Shown piece after piece: positions 1 to 15,087 of a stretch of DNA of 64,000 nt. The position numbers and the translations under genes are program-made. The notes beneath the pieces are model-generated. The model was not told the DNA's origin. It did no database searches and worked only from the letters and a program-made list of their open reading frames with translations. Location of the stretch: assembly GCA_964016885.1 (NCBI GenBank), contig OZ024741.1:138260001-138324000 (forward strand). The letters run 5' to 3'. Source of the stretch: Eledone cirrhosa. Lineage: Eukaryota. Each line of letters starts with the position of its first letter. Positions within the stretch are counted from its first letter, which is position 1.

Positions 1-2226
1 AGAGAAAAAATTTAAAAATAACCAGATATATGCGAGGCGTTAAAACCCTATGTTTTAACGTAGAGGTATTAGTATTTATAAAACATCCACTATATTGTAA
101 ATATCAGTATTCCTGAATGAGACAAGTATCCATAGTGTGTGAAAATTAATGATCTTAAGTTTAGTTTTTAAAAAAAAATTCATATGTTTATGTGATAGCT
201 ACAAACATCCATGTGAATCTACATGATCAACTCTGCAAACCCTAAGTTCACGGAAAACATTCTCAATGTGGTATAAAAATTTGAGTATACATATATGTGT
301 ATTATTATTCCTGTCTTTACTCTACAAGATTATCTATCAAGCAGAAATAGAGAGCAGATTTCAATATACTAATAAAAATATATATCAGAAACAAAACTAA
401 ACAATAACAATAATAATAATAAGTAATAATAAAATAGAAAACTAAAAAAATAAAAAAATATTACGAAAGAATATTACATATTAAAAATATCACATATTAA
501 AAAATTTACATATTAAAAATATTAAAAATAAAAATATTAGAGAATACTACAATAATAAAAAATAAAAATAAACCACAAAGATCAACCCTTCAAAATTAAT
601 TGACAATATATTGCCAAGTTCATTATAAGCATCAGAGTCGAAAAACAGATAAAGCCAAAAATTATCTATCAAATCACATCTAGCAAAGATCATTTCAAAA
701 AGTTTAGGATGCCCAATTTGGTCTACATGTGTTCTTATATTTAATATAGAAGTTTATCTAGTGTAACGTTTATTCGAAATATTTGGAGCATCAGCTTTTA
801 GGGTAGCTTAATTTTTCATGAGGAATGTTTAAATAAAAATAAAATAAAAATAAAAAATAAAAAAAGAATAAAAAGAAGGAATCAAAGATTTATCGGCTAG
901 TTTCCCATATAAATATAAATCAAACTAAATATACTACATTTTAAATTTAAATTTATATTTAAACGTTGAGTTTAATCTATGTTTGCAACAACTGAATAAA
1001 TTTGTCCGTAGATTAAGGGAATTTTTAGATTTTAGTATAAAGAATATCTCCTCTGCGCAGAGGTCACATGTCTCAGAGGATGAATTAAAAGGAATCCCCA
1101 TTGAGACTATATTCCAAGCCGTCGAATATCTAACGTTATCTAGCTTAAGTTGCCAGAGTACGCCTGATAGCGCCGTTGAAGATTTTTTGCTTGGATCTGT
1201 GAAAGAATTCTTGTGGTTTTCTAATATTTTTATTTTTAATATTTTTAATATGTAATATTTTTAATATGTAATATTCTTTCGTAATATTTTTTTAGTTTTC
1301 TATTTTATTATTACTTATTATTATTATTGTTATTGTTTAGTTTTGTTTCTGATATATATTTTTATTAGTATATTGAAATCTGCTCTCTATTTCTGCTTGA
1401 TAGATAATCTTGTAGAGTAAAGACAGGAATAATAATACACATATATGTATACTCAAATTTTTATACCACATTGAGAATGTTTTCCGTGAACTTAGGGTTT
1501 GCAGAGTTGATCATGTAGATTCACATGGATGTTTGTAGTTATCACATAAACATATGAATTTTTTTTTAAAAACTAAACATAAGATCATTAATTTTCACAC
1601 ACTATGGATACTTGTCTCATTCAGGAATACTGATATTTACAATATAGTGGATGTTTTATAAATACTAATACCTCTACGTTAAAACATAGGGTTTTTACGC
1701 CTCGCATATATCTGGTTATTTTTAAATTTTTTCTCTCGCTATATTTTTTCTCTCTCTATATTTTTTTCTCTATATATATATCTCCCTTACATTAATACTA
1801 GAGCTAAATAAATAAATAAATAAATAAATGTATCATTGATACATTTACTCAACAGACCTCCCACTACCTAATTTTCTATATATATATGTATCTATCTCTA
1901 TTTCCTCTCTCTCTATATATATATATCTCTTTCTGTTTCTTTACATGAAGTTCTTCTCTTTATCTATCTTTCCATCTCTCTATTTTGTTCAATGCATTTC
2001 TTCTTTTTCTTCCTTTTCTTCGTTTTCTGTCTTTCTTTCTTTTTTCTCTCTTTCTTTCTCTCTGTGTACAATTTTTTCACTGCCAAATCAACCTCTTCAA
2101 ATGCAAGTTGATGTTGTTACGGTATGTCGAATCTATTTATCTATAAAACTGTTTATATTGTATTTTGTCTGAGGAAGGCATAGCATATTGTTAATATGAT
2201 ATCCCTGAAATATATATAATGAAATA
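1..2226 (+). mobile_element. Penelope-like element remnant forming a long inverted repeat (arms about 1-540 and 1215-1737); the right arm continues to a hammerhead at 2161-2226
   Basis: 1681-1737 is the reverse complement of 1-57, and the match continues nearly perfectly to about 540/1215. The left arm is cut by the window edge. The element ends in a hammerhead followed by (TA)n. Confidence 0.7.
2161..2226 (+). ncRNA. Minimal type I hammerhead ribozyme
   Basis: Helix I UAUUUUGU/AUGAAAUA (2 GU pairs); core CUGAGGA 2169-2175; helix II aggcauagcauauu/aauaugauaucccu (12/14 paired); GAAA 2207-2210; palindromic UAUAUA helix III; AUA triplet. Confidence 0.8.
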
Positions 2227-2263
2227 AATATGGTTTTATAAATATAGTTTCCATTTATTTAAT

Positions 2264-2477
<214 letters not shown>

Positions 2478-2596
2478 AGCATTAAAATCCGGACCATCAG
2501 GTATTAGAAAATAAAATATTTCTATTTTTCCGCCTTTATTTTGTTACACATATGTTTAACGTTCTCCTTTGCGCTCTCTCTCCATACATATACAGA

Positions 2597-2793
2597 ATAA
2601 TTGTTTCTACTTCAGCCACAAGGCCAGCAATCTTTGGGGAGAGGAAAGTCAATTAAATCGCCTCTAGTACACTACTGGTGCTTTATTTTATCGAGCTCTT
2701 AAGGACGAAAGGCAGAGCTAACCTCGGCGGAATTTGAACTGAGATTATAAAAGGCCGTAACACTATGCCGTGAAGCATGGTTTGTGATGCTCT
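2597..2793 (-). mobile_element. tRNA-derived SINE (octopus-type, Meta-domain-like core)
   Basis: On the minus strand: B-box-like GTTCAAATTCC, core gcctttcgtccttaagagctcgataaaataaagcaccag, and 3' gctggccttgtggc..gtagaaacaatta. The same family recurs many times in the window. Confidence 0.8.
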
Positions 2794-4607
2794 ATGGATA
2801 TTGACAATCCATCAATAATAAAACGCTGTTAATTACATAAACAAAACACCATAATATATTAAACACACAAGATTTAACACTGTTAGGAAAACATATAAAG
2901 CTGCGCTCGGAAATGCAAAAGGAGATGGCCTCGCATATACAATACAATAAACACACTGAAACAGGAGATCTTAATGGATGGTATGCCTGGTCATAACAAA
3001 GGTTCATATAAAACAACTCTCAGATATGCTGTATAGGAACTGAAATTCTATAAAACATGCATAAATATAAACAGATAAAAGACAATAATCACATTATCCA
3101 CTATCATAAAACATGGAAAACATCGTTACCCATCCACAAATAGTTGACATCCAATTAGTTAGACTGTCTCAGACCATTCCACATTTCTTTTCACTCGTTA
3201 TGTATACACATTAGTTTTTTGCAGTTACTAGAAACCACTCTTAAATAGTTTTGGGTGGGTTTACACCTCACAGCTAATTTATAGTGAAAAGTACTTTATC
3301 CTGTCGTATATTTTATTTATTGTTAGTTCTAAAATCCTACCTTTCTGGGGTACCACACACCCCGCCATCGTCATACGCATGGGAGGGTTTTCTCTCATTC
3401 AATTTGTGTGGTTGAATTAGAAAAGATAACATTTTCTGGTTCTGACAACCAAGCGTTTGAACACTTCTCCGTGTTCCAGTTCTTTTTTGAATATTTTTTG
3501 TCATGGTAGGTTTTCTGATTTTTCTCTCATTTGTTTTTACTATTGCAGCAATGTAACCATTCACTTTGCATTTCCTTTCATCCTCATGAGGCCGTAGTTG
3601 TATTGTTATTTTCATTAACCTTTGTGCTGCGCTGTTACCACTATTGCGTGACTAACATACGGAGACATGTATAATTCATCAGCATGGCCCCTATTATCTT
3701 CCACTCTTCTGGTTGGAAAATTATGTAAATATTGCATTGTCTAGAGAACAACTTCACTTTTTAGAATTGAGAATAACTACTGCATATTTAGTAATGTGGC
3801 ATTCATATCTTTCCTACATTCGTCAACATGGGATCAAATATGAAAGAAAGTTTCATTGCCATGCCTCTCATCCAGATATATACTCTTTAGCTGATCATTC
3901 ATATGTAGGTCTCATCTGTTAAAAAGAGTTTAAATGAAAGAAGCATAACCGAAAACACAGTCCCTCTGAGAATTTGACTTCCCAAATTCATCTCTACTAT
4001 CAGCAAAATACATGTGCATGTGTATTATTATAGATGTGTTTGCTCTTTCTAATAGTTTGTAGTACAGGCGTTTCATAATGTTTTAGTTTCTATCATAAAT
4101 GCATTTATATTTCCTTGAATGAATGTATTTGTTATACTAAGGTTTCGAATTTTATATTTTCTGTTTACATTCATTTAACAGTCAGTTCTGTGTTATCGGT
4201 CTTTTTATACACGTTTGTCATATTGTTTACTTAGTGGAAGGAACAAAAATGTTATTTCTTCGTAATTTAAAAGCGAAAATATGAATGAAAAATTTTACCC
4301 CCTTTCAGTTCAACATGAACACATATATTTCTCATAGATTCATTTGTTAAAAACATAAAAAAGTAAGATATTGGAAAGATGAATGAAAGGTGTCTGACAA
4401 CTTGAAGACGAAACAAAAGAAACAGCAAAAAAACAATAACTATGACAATTATGCTGATGATGACGATGGTCATGATGATATATAGCACAACGTCAATGAA
4501 TATGTCACAGTAACTAAAACATCGGTTAATATTTAATATATTTCTGTCATTTGAAAATTATGCAGTAGGACGCAGAGATACAAATACATACATACCGACA
4601 CACAGAC

Positions 4608-4695
<88 letters not shown>

Positions 4696-4698
4696 GTA

Positions 4699-4788
<90 letters not shown>

Positions 4789-4837
4789 CATATACATATA
4801 TATACATATATATATATATATACATATATATACATAT

Positions 4838-4967
<130 letters not shown>

Positions 4968-6850
4968 TATTAGGGTAGATATTGATGCAATTCAATCAAG
5001 CACTCCACGTACTTTTTCCACATAGGAGTGACGGAGTAAATAACAAATAAGGAAAAGCGAAGTAGTTTCAGATGTTCAAGTCCTTTAATAATAATGCTGT
5101 GATATATATTTCAGTGACGACACTGGCCACACTGTTCTGTGTGCGAGTGTCAGACAGCTTGTTACATAATAAGGTTATGTTTCCGAGGCAATCCAAATTG
5201 GATCGACATGGGAACGGATGAATTGCGTGTTTTGGGGTTTTTCATCCTCTCCCTTGTGAGTACCAATTCACCCCCACCGGCCTGCGCAAGCGCATGTCCG
5301 AAGGAAGTTGACCATTAGCCACCGCAGATTTCAACGAAATTCGCTTAGTCAGTTCACCCTCTCAGTCAAAACAATGGCTCACCAATGCCTGTACCATATT
5401 TTACTGCTACCCATCACAGCTGTGGCAGTCAGCCGAGAGCCAGAGGGGATGTGGGAGAGTGTTAGTTTTTACAGGCCATAATACTACCCCTCTCTAAGCG
5501 TTGACGGTACGACTGACCATCACCTTATAAGGGAAAATAAACTTAATTCTAGGTATCATGGTTTTACGTTGGAAGTTAAGAGTGAGCGTTGGAAATAAAA
5601 ATTACAATCCTAAATCAAATATCAGAAATTGTAAATTAAACAATTAAGAAATTAACAATTAGAAATTAAAGAATTTAAAAAAAAAAAAAAATTCTTTTCA
5701 GGTGATAATTCGAATTGAGGTGAGTAAAAATATAGACTGTAGTGAGTAAATAATATGGAGAGAGATGTTTAAGTAATATGTTCTGATAGGCCGTACATTA
5801 TAACTGAGGGCAAACTACAGGGCTCTAGGCATTAGTCAATCTGGTACACAGTTATAATTTCCATCCCATGGCACAAAATCAAAGAAAAACAGACATAAAG
5901 TACACAAAAGAAAAGAACAGAACCAATAGTGAATAAATGCAAAAACACAGAGTACATATATGCAAAATGATCCATATGATTGTCCATCTGTCCATGTATA
6001 GATTGAATTGAGGGGGCTTCTGTTCAAATGCGATTTGGTGCAGGAAAATAGGGGTTTATCCTATTATTTGTTTCCGCGTATTCATCCTGCCGAAAGTTAC
6101 TATTATGTCCGTCCAGTGTAAGGGGTTTCCATCCTCATGGTAGAGGGAATTTCCGGGGTAGCTTATGGTTGGTTCCTGTCTTCTCCACCATATCGGTTAC
6201 ATCGTAAAGCGCTCAACTAATTGGAGCTAAATTATTAGGGTAAACATTGATGCAATTCAATTCAGGCACTCAACGTACTTTTTCCACATAGGAGTGACGG
6301 AGTAAATAACGAATAAGGAAAATCGAAGTAGTTTCAGATGTTCAAGTCCTTTAATAATAATGCTGTGATATATAATTTATAATTTCTGATATTTGATTTA
6401 GGATTTTAATTTTTATTTCCAACTCTCACTCTTAACTTCCAACGTAAAACCATGATACCTAGAATAAAGTTTATTTTCCCTTATAAGGTGATGGTCAGTC
6501 GTACCGTCAACGCTTAGTGAGGGGTAGTATTATGACCTGTAAAAACTAACACTCTCCCATCCCCTCTGGCTCTCGGCTGACTGCCACAGCTGTGATGGGT
6601 AGCAGTAAAATATGGTACAGGCATTGGTGAGCCATTGTTTTGGCTGAGAGGGTGAACTGACTAAGCAAATTTCGTTGAAATCTGCGGTGGCTAAAGGTCA
6701 ACTTCCTTCGGACATGCGCTTGCGCAGGCCGGTGGGGGTGAATTGGTACTCACAAGGGAGCGGATGAAAACCCCCAAAACCTGCAATTTATCCGTTCCCA
6801 TCTCGATCCAATTTGGATTACCTCGGAAACATAACCTTATTATGTAACAA

Positions 6851-6924
6851 GCTGTCTGATGATGTCACGACACTCGCACACAGAACAGTGTGGCCAGTGT
6901 CGTCACTGAAATATATATCACAGC
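6851..6924 (+). ncRNA. Type I hammerhead ribozyme, intact core
   Basis: Helix I GCUGU/ACAGC; CUGAUGA 6856-6862; long helix II (acgacacu/agugucgu, cacac/gugug); GAAA 6908-6911; palindromic UAUAUA; AUC triplet. Confidence 0.88.
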
Positions 6925-6936
6925 ATTATTATTAAA

Positions 6937-7125
6937 GGGCGGTGAATTGGCAGTATCGGTAGAGGGTTGGACGCCATGCTTTCTAGCATAGTTACGTCCC
7001 TTTACTGTCTGAGTTCAAATCCCGCCGAGGTTAACTTTGCCTTTCATCCTTACGAGGTCGATAAAATAAAGTACCAGTAATGTACTGGGTATTTGCTGGC
7101 CTTGTGCCTAAAGTAGAAACAATTA
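6937..7125 (+). mobile_element. tRNA-derived SINE with 14-bp target-site duplication
   Basis: A-box-like TGGCAGTATCGG, B-box GTTCAAATCC, core gcctttcatccttacgaggtcgataaaataaagtaccag. TSD ATTATTATTAAAGG at 6925-6938 and 7122-7135 interrupts the inverted arm. Confidence 0.9.
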
Positions 7126-7190
7126 TTATTAAAGGACTTGAACATCTGAAACTACTTCGCTTTTCCTTATTGTATATATATATATATGTA

Positions 7191-7228
<38 letters not shown>

Positions 7229-7242
7229 TACATATGTATATA

Positions 7243-7274
<32 letters not shown>

Positions 7275-7318
7275 CATATATATACATATATATACATATA
7301 TATATATATGTATATACG

Positions 7319-7398
<80 letters not shown>

Positions 7399-7404
7399 CA
7401 CGTA

Positions 7405-7545
7405 AAGTGGCGCATTGGTAGAGTCGTTACAAAATCAGATAGAATGCGGAAACGTTTCGGCTCTCTGCTTTTTGTGTTCAAATGCCGCCGAAGTTAACTT
7501 TTTCTTTGATCCATTTGTGGTTGATGAAAAATTACCAGTCTTTGT
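7405..7545 (+). mobile_element. Degenerate SINE copy
   Basis: gttcaaatgccgccgaagttaactt...gatgaaaaattaccag resembles the 6937 copy. Confidence 0.6.
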
Positions 7546-8112
7546 GCTTAGGTCAATTCTTTCTCTATGTCTCTTTTTCACTTCCATACGCCGATTTACT
7601 ATTCTTCTCGTGAAGAATTCTGCTGAAATCAGACTTGGAGTGGAGATGGGCTCGGCCTTGTTTAAACATCCCCTATTAACGCCATATATCAATACAATGC
7701 CCCTACCACTTTGTCGGGAAGTACGGGACCATGCATGCATTCATCCACATTCATTCACACGCACGCACACAAACACACACACACACACATACACACATAC
7801 ACATACGCACGCACATAAATATAGAAATAAATGTATGTTTGTGTATGATTACGGTAAGGTATATATTACCCATTTCAATTTCAGAATTATATAGGATATA
7901 CATTGTATTTTGTTAATATATTTGTTTCTTGTGCTTTGTATAAATGTGGCCACTAATATGTTGAAAATCGAGGGTTTAATTTCACTTTGAAATTATGTCT
8001 GGAAAGATAACGGCATCTAAAGAAACTCGAAACTATATTTCTATCACATCTGATAATTCAGATAATATGACAATCTACTTCACATATCCATGAAGGAATG
8101 GGGATGTTGTAC

Positions 8113-8287
8113 CTTCCACTGTTCCGACGATGTCTGTGCCATTTGTGTCATTAACGGAAGGACTTGCTCCAGAAATTAAGGGGCAATTGTCTGAGCATTC
8201 GATATACGAAATTGTTAACGAAATTATGAAATTCAGCATGAGAAAAGCCTTGGCAGAGAAGGTCTTTTGAATTAGAGGATGAACTTC
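8113..8287 (-). CDS. Possible isolated exon of a secreted/membrane protein (weak)
   Basis: Polypyrimidine+CAG acceptor-like site at 8288-8290; ATG at 8239 gives MLNFIISLTISYIECS (signal-peptide-like), then NDT/NGT sequons; weak donor AG|GTACAA at 8112. No homology recognised. Confidence 0.25.
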
Positions 8288-10779
8288 CTGGTACACGGTA
8301 AAGAAATCCTCCTGCTCAATGACTCACATTTCGACTGCAATCTATCTCTCGACCTTACGACTGTGATTTGAACATTTTAACAATTATCTCACGGACTTTC
8401 ACCTCATAACGTAGAAGAGCAGCGCAAAAAGGAAGTATAAATACGACCTGGTCCATATTTTAACTCAGAGTATAAACAAAAACTCACAAAAAATTGTAAC
8501 TGATTTGAGGAGAACGTTTAATTATTCTGTCAAATTCCAGTTGTACCTAACTTTAAGCAATTGTATTCATTTCTTGAAAGTGCCACACCATCGAAATCTT
8601 CAAAATTGAAATAAATATGTGGTAAAGAATATAAATGACCCTAAATTATTAATATTGCTTTTAATTATTTCAACAAGGTCGAGTGACAACTCCAGATATG
8701 TGGCTGTATAGATACTCGCTCATTAGCGAAGCTCAGATTTTCCTCATATTTGGCAAAATAATAATGTAAAAATAGTTGGAGTGTTGGAGGAGATGATAAT
8801 TTAGAGCAATTGTTCTTAAACACTTAAGGAGATTAACATAATTGATTTACATTTATTAAACGATTCTATCCGAGTATAAAAATACATTTACATTTACAAG
8901 TCATAATATTTGTTTAGAAAATATGGAATGCAACCGTAACCTGATCTGTTAGACTGATTACATAGACTCTTTAGCTTCCCTGTCACACTCGTATTTTACA
9001 CGGCGACATCTAATGGATGGGATATACTGTAAAATAATTTGACATGCTGCAACGAAGCATTTATAACAAGATGTTTTATTTTCTTAGCAATACCCAGTTT
9101 GTATATTTAGTATAATGTACTTTCGATTATATATTAAATTGTAGCGTATTCAGTTTCGCGACAGGCAACACTTAGCATTGTGTTTTATGAGTAGTCGTAA
9201 AACGATAGTCAAAGAGGTGGAAGTGTTTTTCTGAATGGTGTTGATATGTTGGATGTTTCAAGCCATGATTTTGAAATCTCGATCTAGAAATAAATGATAC
9301 ATAGAGAGTGAACAGAGTCGAAATGTTAGATGTTTATTACGATTTTATTTATTTTCCAGAGTAACTTTATATCACATGAAATTTATTCAATATATGTAAA
9401 AATGAGGTTTTACATACTAAATGTCTATTAAAATTTAAAAATATAAATTCTTGTGAATACTACATATCAGGAAATATTTTATTTTTATGTTTCTTTTCAA
9501 ATTGTTATATATATTTTTATAACATAGTATTAAAATTAGCTTCCTGAAGGTTAAAATGTATCAAATGAAACGCACAATAGAAAGCAATGCGTAAGAAATA
9601 GTAACCGCAAAACTTTGAGGTCTTAATTTGTATAGAAAAGTATATGAAAATAGAGAAGCTATACCATCTATATAGGAATACAGAAACTCGCCTTTGTGAC
9701 ATCAATTTTCTTAGTTATATATAATATCAATTTTTTGCTGAATAAAAGTAGGAAACCCGATAACAGAAAGAGATATTCTTCTACCCGATATACTTCCTAT
9801 AAAATTAAAACTTTACCGTTTTTAGAAACTTTAGTGAAACCTTCGAAAATTAAAAAATATATTTGAGTCACATTGATTGGTTCAGGAAGAACATCATACG
9901 AAGTCTCACAACTTAATTACGAGAGATAAGAAACCAAAAAAGATTTACAAAGGATTATATGGATACCAGTAGACAACCACAGAAAATATTCACGTGAATG
10001 CAGAATTATTGCACTGTCAAATGATTTGTTATCAATGAGATTTAAAGTTATTTACAACAATCTCTCTGAAGATAAAAGGTAGTAGTAAATTTGAGATTCA
10101 TCTGAATGAATCGGCTGATGTTACAGAAGCCGCTACGTTCATGCTATTCGCTAGATATTCTTAGAAAATCTGAGTACAAGAGGGCTTAATGGTTTGTGTA
10201 AATGAAGGTTTACTGTCTTCACGAATCTCGTTCACAAAGTGAAGATTTATTCCGTAAAGAGAGCTATTTTCAAAGAAATGTTGACTTGAAAGGGATAAAT
10301 GTATTCGTGTTTAAAAACGATGCAATAATGGGAGTAACAGTTAAGGTTAAACCTGCAAATATTGCACCTACTATATTCGATTATGCATGACTTCACGAGA
10401 TAACAAGAGTGTGTATATGTGTGCCTACTGGGTATTGAGATTTTTTTCGCTAACGATTACCTATGCTGTGTGAAAATTTAGTTTTCAGTGTACATGACAT
10501 CTGCCTCATATATACTTTCTTCAAGATTGGATGATTACCGATGAATGCAATTATGTATTTGAATGCCTAATTAGTCTCAGTTACGTTCCATGGTTGATCT
10601 TTTATAAGGATTATCATGTTGGAAATACATCTGTAACTTTGATTGATACTGATTCTGTTTATGTGCTTTTGTAGCCGTAGCTAGTTTAGAAATGCTTTTG
10701 ATTTGACATTTAAAAGGGAGAACGAATTGCAGGGATTGATTAAGAATTTAATACTTAATATTGGATAGGTGGGCATATG

Positions 10780-10975
10780 ACATTATTTCTAATTTAAGCA
10801 CATAATCAGCAATCCTTTATATAATCCCTATTACTTGGCTGACACTTCAGCTTATCGATCTAAGAAAAATGAAATGCAAAATAGACCTCGGCAGGATTTT
10901 AACTCGCAACATAAAGAGTCGTAAATAAATGCCACAAAACATTTTGTCCCAAACTCACGATTTCGCCAATGAACT
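10780..10975 (-). mobile_element. Degenerate SINE copy
   Basis: tatcgat..atgaaatgcaaaatagacctcggcaggattttaactc matches the reverse complement of the SINE head and core. Confidence 0.55.
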
Positions 10976-11591
10976 TATAATATTATGTTCGAATCTACTA
11001 GCTCCTGATACACATCACCTCCTCTATGAAAAATATCCTGGTCAGTCTTTCATCCTTACCCAATCTTTACGTCCTATCACCTAAGCGCCCCCCTATGAAA
11101 TTCAGTTCAGAACTTTAGAGCGTAAATTATGTGGTTTGTATGCATGCAGCCACCGACTTGAAAGTTACTCTGTTTGATATGAGAGTGGAAGTTTAATTTC
11201 TACTCTAACACTAAATAACGAAATATTCAGACCTGTTAACTCTCCCCGTCCACTTTGACGTGGGTAACAGATGTCTTCTCTTGTGAAAATAGGTATAGCT
11301 TTCATTATGTAAAATCTCAACATTTGGCCTTACTTCTCTCAATTGTTTTAGGTTACACCCCGTTTGGGCTTTTGGAGGTTGGCAAGTCTGAAGTTTTGCT
11401 ACTTTAATCACATTTCTACACCAGGCATATAACCCCAAGAAGTGAGAAAAAATATTCAAATAAATCTAGAATTTAATGAATAATGATACTCATTTTGATA
11501 TCAAATCTGCGATTATTGAGTGATCTAAACAATGTGGAAGTGGAACAGAGAGAATATGAATAGATAAATAGATCGAAATTCAGAAAAACGT

Positions 11592-11686
11592 TAATAATAA
11601 TTGTTTCTACTTTTTGACACAAGGCCAGCAATTAACCACTTTATTTTATCGACCCCTAAGGATGAAAGGCAAAGTTAACCTCGACC
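11592..11686 (-). mobile_element. 5'-truncated SINE with (ATT)n tail
   Basis: ctttattttatcgacccctaaggatgaaaggcaaagttaacctcg is the reverse complement of the SINE core. Confidence 0.8.
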
Positions 11687-13357
11687 AATGAAAGTGATGT
11701 ACATATGATATCAGAGGGCTTTACGAAATGCCGAGAGGTAAAGTGTTATTCAAACTGCAACCCCAACCAATTCCTTTTATATAATCGATCCATAACAATT
11801 ACACACGTTTATCAATAAAATACTACCATATATAAATAAAGGTTTAATCAAATAGAGCAATATCATAGCATGGATCGGGATAAGAACATATACGAAGTCA
11901 TAAAAGCGTTTTGCTTATTCTTATTTGAGGACTAAGTAAGTAAACATACCTCGTAACATATAAAATCTAGAGACACGTACCTAGTGTTCTGACCAGCTAC
12001 TGAAATAGCTGTGATATGATCACAGATTAAAACATTTATAGTAATATTCTTCTTATTGTAAATAAATATATCGTACATGTCTTAAAAAGTATCCATAAGG
12101 AACCTTTGGAAAGTGTGTCTTCTAGAGCGTGTGTGTTTCTAGCCGGGTAGTGTTGTGAGCATATATTTCTGTGGATGGAGAATAAGCGAATGGTTGGGAA
12201 GCTCGTCTCACAATTATTAGGTCTCAAGTTTAATTCCATTGCCTTTGCTTTTGCGCAATTGTCATTTACTATAATCTTCGGTTGCGCTGTCATTTCTCGT
12301 GAATGAAATGTAGTCAACTGAAGCTGTTTAAAATCCCATCAAAGGGACTGCTAGCCTTCTTACACAATGTCACGCTGAATGACCATGATAATTATGTTTA
12401 TGGTACGCGATTCTTGTGTATTGTCAGCAACGTTAATTTTATAATATTAGGTCTTTTCATTTGATCAGAAAATTGACGGAGGTGTATCTCTTTGCGCATA
12501 TGTGTATGTATGCTGACGTGCATTACTCTCAATTGCTGCTACATTTGGAAATTGTTTATCTTGAAAACAATGATATTCAACTAGAGACAATTAAACTGTT
12601 CCTCTAAAATATTTACCATTCTCTTTACTATAGCAGCTTGGATCAATCAAGTTCAATCGGAAATTAGTTGATACCAAACATGCCAAGAATGAATGGATGT
12701 CCAAGTAGCAGTTTCGTTTCATATAATACTTCATAGTTGCGGGTTTCACACTAAAATAATATCAAATATAATTAAATATTGTTTTAATGTTTCTTGTTTG
12801 ATTCAAACAGTAAAAACATTGTTTGATTGGAAATTCTTGTCATGTAAACATCTCATCAAAATTTGACTAAAAAAAAAATTTTATTTCAAGGAAACCTAAA
12901 GTAACTTTCCACCTTTTGCATCTGTTGTATGTGTGTGTGTGTGTGTTTAGATAACAATACTTCATATATCATATAAGACAAGGTATTAGAAATATAGGTG
13001 TATGTAGGAAAATCCGTGTAATCATTGTATTATCCGTTGTCCCAATGTTTATTAAATCCACACCTATGCCTTCTGCCTTAATTTGAGCGTGTAAGGGGAG
13101 ATACTCGAGAGGAGAAGCCTTATGAATTAGATGCATTTGAAAAAATATGTTGCCAACAAGGACAATACTATTTTATGAAACACCTACCAAATCTAGAGTA
13201 AATGTTATGGACTTCTGTCGGTTTGTAAGATGAGTGTTCCATTATATTTATTTATTAATTTAACGTCCCACTTAAGTGACTTAACATCATAGTGGCTGAG
13301 AATTCTATAAACATATGTCACTGTAATGTTTTGCGAAACAGTGCATGGCATGGCTAT

Positions 13358-13550
13358 CTATCTATATACTACTAAAACTCTGTGATTGCTTACTTGCTTG
13401 TTTGTGATGTAGTACAGCCAAAAGGACGCATGATGGGAAAATACTCTGAATGGAAGTTGACCCTGAAATGGGAATACAAATGGAATAAAACAAGTTTCGC
13501 GTAAATCGGTAGACGGATCCTCGAGATATGGGGTTTTTCCGGGTACCTTC

Positions 13551-13629
<79 letters not shown>

Positions 13630-13683
13630 GAGAGAGAGGAGACGAGAAGAAGGAGAATGGAGAGAGAGAGCTGATGGTGTTGT

Positions 13684-13727
<44 letters not shown>

Positions 13728-13823
13728 AGTGTATGTGTACATATATATGTGTGTATATGTGGGTGTGTGTGTCTATGACCATGTATATAGATCAAAGACA
13801 CCCACATATATATATTCACACAC

Positions 13824-13906
<83 letters not shown>

Positions 13907-14090
13907 TGTACACACACACATTTATATACATACACACCCGTATATATATGGGCCTTCCATTTTCATTTCACAGTATATACATGTCTGTGTATATTTTAAT
14001 TATTTAAAAATTAATTTTAAACGAATATGATTTAAAAAATATTTTGAAGTAAACGTGACCCAACGTGTCACGGGTGGATTATTTTGTATT
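13358..14090 (+). mobile_element. Putative non-autonomous Helitron-like element with internal microsatellites
   Basis: 5' TCTATATACTACTAAAA start, internal aagtttcgcgtaaatcggt..ctcgagatat motif, 3' subterminal hairpin GTGAC-ccaacgt-GTCAC before a degenerate end. No coding sequence. Confidence 0.45.
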
Positions 14091-14785
14091 ATATATACAG
14101 TCCATTTAACGGAGTTCCAAACAGTTTCCCTCTACTAAATATCCCTCAGAAAGCTTGCACTGACTCGAAGATTTAGTAAATAATTGAGAATGGAACTCTG
14201 CAATGCTTCCTCTAGGCTGCATTCATCTGTCTGTGTGACATCATTTCTAGCTCTTTTTTTACTTGAAATGTTTGAATGTTTTGTTTTATATTCTCATCAG
14301 TTCATCTCACTGATATTCGTTAGTTTTAAAACATCGCATCGGTAGGTGAAAAGACATAAAAACCAGCGACTTTCACAACGTTTTATTACAGCTATTTCAA
14401 TGTATTTAAAATGTTTTAGCTAGATGTCAGATACATATATCAGTTTCCATATATGACGTTGCTTAACTGCCATTGAACAGGAATTCATTTTGTAATAGTA
14501 TTTCGAAATAATTCCCGTGTTGTGTTTTCCTATATGGGGATGATTTCACATGGAAAGATAGCTATTTAAAAAAATTAAATCAGTCAAGTACATGTCCTAC
14601 CTTCTATCAATCAATAAGTTGCCAAGGTTGGCTGTTATTAGATTTTGCAAATCCTTTACGTATCATATTTGAAGGTTCTTGCAAAAGGCCTATCCCTGAT
14701 AATGTTGTATGATTATAACTGTTACAAACAAGACAAGTTCGTTGCAATTCACGTAGAGTTTTTTCGGATTTGTGGTTGAGAGGCA

Positions 14786-15087
<302 letters not shown>

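Larger units (their letters stand above)
4968..7171. mobile_element. Penelope-like fold-back element: about 590-bp inverted arms (5046-5637 / 6373-7171) plus a direct duplication of the terminus (4968-5108 = 6235-6373)
   Basis: Arms are near-identical reverse complements, the right arm contains a hammerhead, and the structure is flanked on both sides by (TA)n. Confidence 0.8.

Noticed and set aside
112-155. CTGAATGA...GAAA in the first inverted arm
   Set aside because: No supporting helices I-III.
6937-7030. tRNA gene
   Set aside because: The A/B boxes belong to a SINE head; no complete cloverleaf.
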